From Armatimonadota bacterium (GTDB taxonomy: Bacteria > Armatimonadota > SYMT01), in contig JBKBRF010000038.1 of assembly GCA_046292385.1 (NCBI GenBank), forward strand, positions 1 through 64,000: DNA of 64,000 nt. The letters are read 5' to 3'. The position numbers were made by a program, and so were the translations under genes. The notes under the pieces are model-generated. The model did no database searches and had not been told where the DNA came from. It was given only the letters and a program-made list of their open reading frames with translations. Shown here piece after piece: positions 17,160 through 24,996 of this stretch; the first letter of the stretch is position 1; the number at the start of each line of letters is the position of its first letter.

Positions 17160-19682
17160 TCAGTCCACGTAGAGGAACTCGTTGGCGCAGAAGAGCGCGT
17201 GGCAGAGGCTCTGCCAGGCCTGGGTCCGGCGGTCGTCTCCGCCCGCGAGGGCGCCCGCATACTCCTCCAGGTAGGCGAGCGCGGCGGTCGTCTCCCGTGC
17301 CGTCGCGGGCCGGCCGAAGGCGAGCAGATACGCCTCGCTGACCCGCTCGGCGTCCGACCTGCCCTCCGTCCGCAGGAGCCGGGCGGCGAAGTCGGCCGCC
17401 GCCTTCCGCATCAGGGGGTGGTTCAGCATGAAGAGCGCCTGCGGCGAGGCGATCGTCTCGCTGCGGCGGGCGGTGACCACACTCGGGTCGACGAAGTCGA
17501 ACAGCTCCAGCATCTCGAAGAGCGAGTTCCGGACCACCGGCAGGTAGATGGTCCGCCGCGGGCTGTCGTACACCCCGGCCGCCAGGTCGGTGGAGCCGTC
17601 GTTGGTCACGCGCTCGCGGTTCGGGACCGCCAGGATCGACCCGCCCATCGTCAGGTCCAGCCGCTCGCCGATCCGGAGCATCGCATCCCGCTGCTCCTCC
17701 GCGGAGAGGCGGCGCCGGTGCATGCGCCACAGCAGCCGGTTGTCCGGATCGACCTGGTGGGCCTTCGCCTCGAAGGCCGTGCTCATCTGATAGGCGTCGC
17801 TGAGCATGATCAGGCGATGCAGCCTCTTGAGCGACCAGCCGAGACCGCGCTGAGGGATGAAGGATGAGGGATGAGGGATGAATCTCGAACCCTTCCGTGC
17901 GGCTGGCGCACTCCTTCCGCCGAACGCGGCGGTCCGGACTCTCTCTGTCTCTCCCTCGCTCTGTCTCTCTGTCCCGGGGTTCGCAGTAGCCGGTGCCGCA
18001 AAGACGGAAGCCAGGTAATCGAGCAATTCCGGATGGCTGGGCAGCTCTCCCAGGCGGCCGAAGTTGTCGGGGGTCCGCACCAGGCCTTCGCCGAAGTGTC
18101 CCTGCCAGACCCGGTTGACCATCACCCGCGCCGTGAGCGGATGGTCGGGGCGAGTCAGCCACGCCGCCAGCTCCAGGCGCCCGCTCCGGGTGGCGTCCAA
18201 CTGCGGCTGCGGTCCGCCGGCCAGCCGGGCCGGAAAGCCGCGCGGGACCCGCTCCGAAGGCTGGTTGTGGTCCCCGCGGATGAAGAGCTGCGCGTCCTCC
18301 GCCTGTCCGTCGGAAACGGCGAGGGCGTAGGGGATCGGCGGCGGTGCGGTGCGCTCCAGCTCGGCCACTTCCGCCTCGAGACGGGCCGCCTCCTCCCCGC
18401 CTCCGTTCTTCTTCTTCGCCTCCGCCAGTGCCTTGCGCTTCGCTTCCAGCGCCGCCTGATGGGCCGCGAAGCGCTCCACTTCCGCCTGGGAGGCCAGCGG
18501 CCGCTCGCTCCAGATCCGGTCCTTCAGGTGGACCATCGTCCGGGTGCTGCGGAAGATCCCGGCCAGGGCGTAGTAGTCCCGCTGCGACAGCGGATCGAAC
18601 TTGTGGTCGTGGCAGCGGGCGCAGGCCAGGGTGAGGCCGAGCATCGAGCGGGAGGTGGCGTCGATCTGCTCGTCGGTGATGTCCGCCAGCACCTGCTCCT
18701 TGTCCGGGTTGGCCAGGAGCTTTGGCCCCAGCAGCAGGAAGCCGGTCGCGATCAGCCGGCGGCGGCTCTCCGCGGGATCGTTCGCGACCGGCAGGAGGTC
18801 CCCCGCGAGCTGCTCCCGCAGGAACTGGTCGTACGGCAGGTCCCGGTTGAACGCCTCGATCACGTAGTCCCGGTACCGGTACGCGTTGGCGTAATGGTAG
18901 TTCTCGTCCAGGCCGTTGCTGTCCGCGTACCGCACCACGTCGAGCCAGTGCCGGCCCCACCGCTCCCCGTATCGGGGCGAGGCGAGCAGCCGGTCCACGA
19001 CCTTCTCAAACGCATTCGGCGAGCGGTCGGCCAGGAAGGCGCGGATCTCCTCGGGGGTGGGCGGCAGGCCGGTGAGATCGAAGGTGGCGCGCCGGATCAG
19101 GGTGCGCCGGTCCGCGGGCGGAGCCGGCTTGAGCCCCTTCTCGGCGCGCTTCGCCTCCAGGAAAGCGTCGATCGGATTGCGGAACGTGCGACCCGGGAGC
19201 GCCGGGACGGCGCCCCGCCGCGGGGGCCGGAACGACCAGTGGTCGTCGCCCGACGGAGCCACGGCGGCCGGCCAGGGGGCGCCGCGCTCCACCCAGAGGG
19301 TGAGATCGGCAATCTCCCGGTCGGAGAGACGGCCGCCGGGCGGCATCTTCAGGCCCGGGTCACTGTGGCGCACGGCGGCGATCAGCGGGCTGGCGTCCGG
19401 CTTCCCCGGCACGAGGGCCGTGCCGCGGGCGCCGCCGCGCAGGAGCGCCTCGCGCGAGTCGACCCGCAGCTTGCCCTGCTGCAGCCGCGGGCCGTGGCAG
19501 GCGCCGCATTTCTGCGCCAGGACCGGCCGCACCCGGCTCTCGAAAAACTTGAGCATGTCCGCGCGCGCGGGCGCCGCGGCGGCAGGAGACGCAAGGAAGG
19601 CGAGCGCGGCGCTCAGCGCCAGCACGACTCCGGCGCGGACCGTTCCAGCTCGACTCCCCAGCTTCACCGCACTCCGCTTCAT
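17160..19682 (-). CDS. Planctomycete cytochrome c / DUF1549 / DUF1553 protein (second copy) with repeat-derived in-frame insertion
   Basis: CGACH, YGERWGRHWLD, CARCHDHKFDP, PSHPELLDYLA; about 50 extra residues before GWSLKRLHRLI. Confidence 0.88.
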   Translation of the reverse strand: MKRSAVKLGSRAGTVRAGVVLALSAALAFLASPAAAAPARADMLKFFESRVRPVLAQKCGACHGPRLQQGKLRVDSREALLRGGARGTALVPGKPDASPLIAAVRHSDPGLKMPPGGRLSDREIADLTLWVERGAPWPAAVAPSGDDHWSFRPPRRGAVPALPGRTFRNPIDAFLEAKRAEKGLKPAPPADRRTLIRRATFDLTGLPPTPEEIRAFLADRSPNAFEKVVDRLLASPRYGERWGRHWLDVVRYADSNGLDENYHYANAYRYRDYVIEAFNRDLPYDQFLREQLAGDLLPVANDPAESRRRLIATGFLLLGPKLLANPDKEQVLADITDEQIDATSRSMLGLTLACARCHDHKFDPLSQRDYYALAGIFRSTRTMVHLKDRIWSERPLASQAEVERFAAHQAALEAKRKALAEAKKKNGGGEEAARLEAEVAELERTAPPPIPYALAVSDGQAEDAQLFIRGDHNQPSERVPRGFPARLAGGPQPQLDATRSGRLELAAWLTRPDHPLTARVMVNRVWQGHFGEGLVRTPDNFGRLGELPSHPELLDYLASVFAAPATANPGTERQSEGETERVRTAAFGGRSAPAARKGSRFIPHPSSFIPQRGLGWSLKRLHRLIMLSDAYQMSTAFEAKAHQVDPDNRLLWRMHRRRLSAEEQRDAMLRIGERLDLTMGGSILAVPNRERVTNDGSTDLAAGVYDSPRRTIYLPVVRNSLFEMLELFDFVDPSVVTARRSETIASPQALFMLNHPLMRKAAADFAARLLRTEGRSDAERVSEAYLLAFGRPATARETTAALAYLEEYAGALAGGDDRRTQAWQSLCHALFCANEFLYVD
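17854..17975 (-). repeat. Short-repeat element inside a CDS (octamer array, spacer, heptamer array)
   Basis: (G/A)GGATGA x4 at 17854-17881 and CTCTGT-rich array at 17941-17975; both ends match 63464-63809. Confidence 0.75.
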
Positions 19683-19877
19683 CCTCGGCCTGCCTCCCCG
19701 CTTCCGGGTATTCGGACACGGGTAATCGGACAACAGGAGGCGGTGGGAGTTGCACCCGGCACCGCGTACGGAGGCGCGGTGTGCGCGGCAGCGTGTGCCG
19801 GACGGGTCACGAGAATGAAGATCCCTGCATCGAGAGCCAGCTCTGGCCGCGACCATCCTGGCTCCCCACGCGTGCCG

Positions 19878-20810
19878 TTAGCAGGAGCCCTCCGCCCGGG
19901 TGAGCCCGCCTTGCCCCTCCACCAGCTGCCGGAGCGTGTCGAGCTGGGCGGTTCCGCCCGACGCGGGAAAGACCGCCCATACCTCGCAGCAAAGCCGCGG
20001 ATTCTCCAGCGGAATGCGGCGGAACCCCGGCGCGGCGGAAGACGGGGGAGAAGCAGGAGCCAGCAGGATCCCGACTCCGGCCGCCACCAGCGCCGCGCAG
20101 TTCTGGCCGGCCTCTCGCGGGTGGACCCTCGGCTCGAACCCCGCGGTCCGACACGCCTCGACGATGCGGTCGTAGTCGCGCGGACATTCGTGCCGCGCGT
20201 GCAGGATGATCGTCTCCTCGACGAGATCCTCGAGCCGAAGCGAGCGCCGCCCGGACAGCGGGTGGGAATGCGGGACGACTACCGCCAGCGCCTCCCGGTG
20301 GATCAGCAGACTCGTGAAGCCGGGCGTGCCCGCCTCGCTCTCAGCCTCGTCGTAGGGCGCGTCGGCGAAGCCCATGTCGACGTGCCCCTTCCGCAGCGCT
20401 TCCCCCTGTGCGGGAGCGGGCATCTCCACCAGGTCGATGCTCACCTCGTGCTCCCGCTCGCGCAGGCTCGAGAGGATCTGCGGGAGCACGGTCTGCAGCG
20501 CCAGGGGAGTGTAGGCAAGCCGGAGCCGTCCACCCTGGCGCCGCACCGCGGCCCGCACGTTCTCCAGCGCAGCATCGGCCCGCGCCAGCAGCACCCGCGC
20601 CTCGGCTACGAACACCTCGCCGACCGGTGTCAGGCTGACCCGTCGCGTGGTCCGCTCGAACAACCGGGCCCCCAGGAAGCGCTCGACCTCGGCGACGATG
20701 CGGGTCAGCGGGGGCTGTGACATGTGCAGCCGTGCCGCGGCACGACCGAAGTTCAACTCCTCCGCCAGCCCCACCAGGCATCGGAAGTGGTGCAGCTCCA
20801 GCTCTTTCAT
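19878..20810 (-). CDS. LysR-family transcriptional regulator
   Basis: AEELNFGRAAARLHMSQPPLTR HTH, LFERTTRRVSLT, substrate-binding domain. Confidence 0.95.
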   Translation of the reverse strand: MKELELHHFRCLVGLAEELNFGRAAARLHMSQPPLTRIVAEVERFLGARLFERTTRRVSLTPVGEVFVAEARVLLARADAALENVRAAVRRQGGRLRLAYTPLALQTVLPQILSSLREREHEVSIDLVEMPAPAQGEALRKGHVDMGFADAPYDEAESEAGTPGFTSLLIHREALAVVVPHSHPLSGRRSLRLEDLVEETIILHARHECPRDYDRIVEACRTAGFEPRVHPREAGQNCAALVAAGVGILLAPASPPSSAAPGFRRIPLENPRLCCEVWAVFPASGGTAQLDTLRQLVEGQGGLTRAEGSC

Positions 20811-20823
20811 ATCTGAAAGGTAT
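20809..20823. promoter_or_regulatory. Putative LysR binding site overlapping the lysR start
   Basis: ATA-TCTGAAAGG-TAT (ATA-N9-TAT, T-N11-A) in the divergent promoter region. Confidence 0.6.
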
Positions 20824-20929
20824 CAGTCCGCCCTGGAATAGGGAAAGCTCTGTCTCTCAATAGGCTGTATCATACCCCGGAAGACGTGCACCACCCGGGC
20901 ACATTGAAATCACAGGATGAGGAGCGAGA

Positions 20930-21670
20930 ATGGAAGGACAGGGAGAGCGGGGCTTCTTCGGCCGCGAGCACGCGGCGGCTCACGAGAAGCACTACGCCAG
21001 GTGGGCTCCGCTGCGAACGGCCCTGCATCTGCTGATCGGGCAGGTCCTTCTCGAGCTCCCCGCCGAGGCGCGGATTCTGTGCGTCGGCGCGGGGATCGGA
21101 CCGGAGCTGATCGACCTGGCCCACGCCTTCCCGGGCTGGCAGTTCACCGCCGTGGAGCCTTCGGCGCCGATGCTGGAGATCTGCCGGCGGCGCGCGGAAG
21201 AAAGCGGCGTGGCCTCCCGCTGCACGTTCCACCACGGCTATCTCGACACGCTGCCTGCGTCGGCCCCGTTCGACGCGGCAACCAGCATCCTGGTTTCGCA
21301 GTTTATCCTGCAGCCGGAGGAGCGGCGCCGGTTCTTCGGGCAGATCGCCGGCCGCCTCCGCGCGGGCGGCTACCTGGTCAGCGCCGACCTGGCCTACGGG
21401 CAATCCGGCCCGGCCTCAGACGAGCTCCTGCAGGTATGGCTGCGGCTGCAGCACTACACCGGCGTACCCGCCGATCAGTTGGAGAAGCTGGTGGCGGCAC
21501 TGGAGACCAGCGTCGCCGTTTCCGCGGCGGACGACCTCGAAAGAATGATCGAAGCCGGCGGCTTCCAAAGTCCCGTCCGATTCTTTCAGGCGCTGCTCAT
21601 CCACGCCTGGTTCGCGCGGCGAGACCGGAGGCGAGCGCCGCGGGGCCGCTTCAGGCACCCGAGCGCTTGA
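20930..21670 (+). CDS. Class I SAM-dependent methyltransferase
   Basis: GAGGAG RBS; ILCVGAGIG motif I, AVEPSAPML, FDAATSILVSQF; divergent from LysR. Confidence 0.9.
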   Translation: MEGQGERGFFGREHAAAHEKHYARWAPLRTALHLLIGQVLLELPAEARILCVGAGIGPELIDLAHAFPGWQFTAVEPSAPMLEICRRRAEESGVASRCTFHHGYLDTLPASAPFDAATSILVSQFILQPEERRRFFGQIAGRLRAGGYLVSADLAYGQSGPASDELLQVWLRLQHYTGVPADQLEKLVAALETSVAVSAADDLERMIEAGGFQSPVRFFQALLIHAWFARRDRRRAPRGRFRHPSA

Positions 21671-23459
21671 GCTCCAGCTCCTCCCAGCGGGCGTAGAGGT
21701 CGGCGACACGCCCCTTGGCGGCTTCGATCGCCTCCCAGCACTCCTGGATCTTCACGTGGTCGGAGGCGACGGCGGGGTCGGAGAGGCGCGCTTCCAGCTC
21801 GCCCTGCTCCCGCTCGGCGGCCTCGATCTTCTTCTCGAGCTGGCTCAGTTCCTTCAGCTCCGCGAGGGAGATGCGGGCCTTCGGCGGAGCGGCGGCGGCC
21901 GGCGCGGCCCGGCGCGCCTCCACCTCGCGGCGGGCTTCCTGGCGGGCCGCCTGCGCGCGCTCCCACTGGGAGTAGTCCGCGTAGAAGGCGTGGCCGCCGC
22001 GGCCGTCCAGGCCCAGCACGTCGGTGCAGACCTGGTCCAGCAGATAGCGATCGTGCGTCACCAGCACCAGGGCGCCGGGGAAGCTGGTGAGGCTCTCCTC
22101 CAGCACGTCGAGCGTGGCGAGGTCGAGGTCGTTGGTCGGCTCGTCCAGGATCAGCAGGTCGGTCTGCTCCAGCATCAGCCGCGCAATCAGCACCCGCGCC
22201 TGCTCCCCGCCGGAGAGCTGCCCGACCGGCATGCCGAACTGGTCAGTCCGGAAGAGGAACCGCTTGGCCCACGCGGCGACGTGCATCTGCCGGCCCCGGT
22301 AGAGAACCATGTCCCCCTCCGGCGCGAGCGCGTCCCGCAGCGGCGTTTTCGGATCGAGGCGGCGGCGGTTCTGGTCGAAGTAGACGGTCCGCAGCCCATC
22401 GGCCCGCGTCATCGTGCCGCGGTCCGGCTCCAGCTCCCCCGAGAGGAGGCGCAGGAGCGTCGTCTTCCCGCTGCCGTTCGGGCCGAGCAGCCCCAGCCGC
22501 CGGCCGGGGGAGAGGAGCAGGTCGAGCCCGCGGAAGAGCGTCTTCTCCCCGAGCTGCTTCTCCAGCCCCTTCGCGACCAGCAGCTCGCGGGTCTTCCGGC
22601 CGCTCGCCTGGAAGTCGATCTCCGCCACCTGGCCCTGGTTGTTCCGGAAGCGGACCTCCGAGAGCTCCCCGATCAGCCGGCCGGCTTCCTTGATGCGCGC
22701 CTGCTGCTTGGTGCTCCGGGCCTGGGCGTTCTGGCGCAGCCACTCCACCTCGCGGCGGACCTTCGACTGCAGCGCTTCCTGCTCGTTCGCCTGGGCGCGC
22801 AGGTACTCGTCGCGGCGCTCCAGGAACTCCGTGTAGCTGCCGTTTACGCTCAGGTAACCCTCCGCGTAAACGGGACTCAGCTCCACGATCCGGTTCGCCG
22901 CGTTCTGGAGCAGGGTCCGGTCGTGGCTCACCAGCACGAAGGCGAACGGCGCGTCCCGTAGCTCCGCTTCGAGCCAGAGGATTCCCTCCAGGTCGAGATG
23001 GTTGGTCGGCTCGTCGATCAGCAGCAGGTCCGGCTCCCGGATCAGCTCCCGCGCCAGCGCCAGCCGTTTGCGCCAGCCGCCGGAAAGCGTCTCCGCGGGC
23101 TGGTCGCCGCGCGTAAAGCCGGCCCGCACCAGCATCGCCTCCAGCTTCTCCGCCCGCTCCCGCTCGTCCCAGCCGTGACCGGAGAGCGCCTCCGAGAGCA
23201 CCGACTCCGGCGTGGCTCCCGGCGGGAAGTCGTCTTCCTGGGGCAGGTAGCCGAGGCGGACGTTGCGCCGGATGGAGACGGTGCCGCGATCCGGCTCTTC
23301 TTGCGAGGCGAGGATGCGGAGGAGAGTCGACTTCCCGGAGCCGTTGGCGCCGAGGAGGCCGACGCGCTCCCCTTCGGCGACGCCGAAGGAGATGCCGGAG
23401 AAGAGCGGACGATTGGCGTAGGACTTGGAGAGGTCCTGGCAGCTCAGGAGGATGGCCAT
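21651..23459 (-). CDS. uup: ABC-F family ATP-binding protein (Uup-like)
   Basis: Two ABC domains (GANGSGKS/LSGGW/DEPTNHLD and GPNGSGKT/LSGGE/DEPTNDLD), no TM segments, C-terminal coiled coil ending ARWEELE. Confidence 0.9.
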   Translation of the reverse strand: MAILLSCQDLSKSYANRPLFSGISFGVAEGERVGLLGANGSGKSTLLRILASQEEPDRGTVSIRRNVRLGYLPQEDDFPPGATPESVLSEALSGHGWDERERAEKLEAMLVRAGFTRGDQPAETLSGGWRKRLALARELIREPDLLLIDEPTNHLDLEGILWLEAELRDAPFAFVLVSHDRTLLQNAANRIVELSPVYAEGYLSVNGSYTEFLERRDEYLRAQANEQEALQSKVRREVEWLRQNAQARSTKQQARIKEAGRLIGELSEVRFRNNQGQVAEIDFQASGRKTRELLVAKGLEKQLGEKTLFRGLDLLLSPGRRLGLLGPNGSGKTTLLRLLSGELEPDRGTMTRADGLRTVYFDQNRRRLDPKTPLRDALAPEGDMVLYRGRQMHVAAWAKRFLFRTDQFGMPVGQLSGGEQARVLIARLMLEQTDLLILDEPTNDLDLATLDVLEESLTSFPGALVLVTHDRYLLDQVCTDVLGLDGRGGHAFYADYSQWERAQAARQEARREVEARRAAPAAAAPPKARISLAELKELSQLEKKIEAAEREQGELEARLSDPAVASDHVKIQECWEAIEAAKGRVADLYARWEELELKRSGA

Positions 23460-23794
23460 ACCGGACTATTCTAGACGGTTGGCCGGAGCGTGTGGAGATT
23501 CGTCTCGCGATGGAGCCCGCGGCCTCTGAACCGCGGATCCCACCCCGCGCCCTCTCTCCGGGAGCACTCCCTCCCGCGTGAGGGGCAGAGTCCGGGCTTT
23601 TCACGCCCTGCGGGCTAGCAGCCCGACTCTGCGTGGGTTGAGCGGCCCTCATCCCGCGCCAAGTTGTGGAGCCCGGCCCGGAGACGTAGCTCACGGGAGT
23701 GCTCCCTCCGTTCAAGCGACCACCCCTCCGCCGAGGGGTGGTCCCAGGGGTCCGGCTCCGGTCCTACCGGACCTCCGCCGCACCAAGGGGACTG

Positions 23795-24841
23795 TTACTC
23801 GGAGGCACTGCCGGGAGCCGCTGCATCATCCGTTTCCGCCGGCGGGCAGCCGCCGAAGAAAAGGGCTTGCGTGAAGCCGTGCATCGCGTCGGCGGCTTCG
23901 GCGGACTCCTCGTCGCTCTCGGCATCCGCCATCTGCGCAAACATGGCGTCCATCGCGGCCTGCACTTCGGGATGGAGCTCGGGCTCGTCGTAGATCGCGC
24001 GGGCCTCCGCTTCGAGAGCTTCGGCCTGCTCCAGGCGGCCCCGCTTCCGCTCGATCTCCGCCAGGTTCTTCAGGCAACCTGCCTCCCAGATAGCTACGCC
24101 CGCGGCGGCACAGAGAGGGCGTGCGCGCAGCAGGTAGCTCTCCTGCAGGTCCAGCTCGTCGTCGGCACACCCGAGCATGGCTGCCTCCCGGTAGGCACGA
24201 CCCGCGTTCTTGAGGTCTCCGGCCTGCTCATACAGGGTCGCAGGTTTTTCCAGGAGGACGCGACATTTCAGTAGATCCTGCTCGCCGATCGCCAGGGTTT
24301 CCAGCACCAGGGCAACGCCGCGCGGGTCGTCCAGCTCCCGGTAGAGCGCGAGTGCCTGCTCCTTCATCTCCCGCGCCCGCTGCTTCGGCCCGGTCAGCGT
24401 GAGGACGTTCGCAAGCCGTGCCAGCGACTCGGCGATCCCGGGACGGTCGCCCGCGGCCTCGCAGAGGGCGAGCGCCTCTTCATGCATCGGCACCGCCTGG
24501 GTGGGCGGGAGGACGCTCGCGAGCTGCCGCAGCGCCCTGGCTTCGCCGGGGCGATCTCCCAGCTCCCGGTAGATCTCCCGCGCTCGCTCGGCATACTGGC
24601 GGCGGCGGACCCCGGCGGGCGGGCCCCCGTCTTCCGGCAGGTACCAGAACGCCAGGTGACCGAGGGCAAGGAGCGCCTGCGCCTCGAAGGAGACGTCGCC
24701 CCGCTCCCGGCCCAGCTCCAGGGCGGTCGTGAGGTGCTGGTGGGCCGCGGCGTCGTCGCCCCGGCGTGACGCTTCCTCGGCGGCGTCGAAGAGCGCCTGG
24801 GGCTCTTCCGGAGTGGCTTCGGAGAGAGGAAAGTCGGGCAT
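23795..24841 (-). CDS. Tetratricopeptide-repeat protein
   Basis: Repeated AREIYRELGDRPGEARAL / ALALYRELDDPRGVALVL units. Confidence 0.8.
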   Translation of the reverse strand: MPDFPLSEATPEEPQALFDAAEEASRRGDDAAAHQHLTTALELGRERGDVSFEAQALLALGHLAFWYLPEDGGPPAGVRRRQYAERAREIYRELGDRPGEARALRQLASVLPPTQAVPMHEEALALCEAAGDRPGIAESLARLANVLTLTGPKQRAREMKEQALALYRELDDPRGVALVLETLAIGEQDLLKCRVLLEKPATLYEQAGDLKNAGRAYREAAMLGCADDELDLQESYLLRARPLCAAAGVAIWEAGCLKNLAEIERKRGRLEQAEALEAEARAIYDEPELHPEVQAAMDAMFAQMADAESDEESAEAADAMHGFTQALFFGGCPPAETDDAAAPGSASE

Positions 24842-24996
24842 CGGCGGCTCCAGAGTGCGCAGGGGGACCACCGGTAACTCGGACGATCAAGCCCCCGGCA
24901 CCTTCCCAAAGTCGACAAGCTCGCAACCCGCTCGCCGTTCCGGCGTCGCAGGGAGAAACCCTCGTCCCCTCCGCTCTCGCACCTCGGTAACTTCTG

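Noticed and set aside
15739..18960. 1073-aa ORF suggesting a fused DUF1501 protein (likewise 10937..12739)
   Set aside because: The extension is an alternative frame of the upstream PSD1 gene; true starts with Tat signals are at 17157 and 12364.
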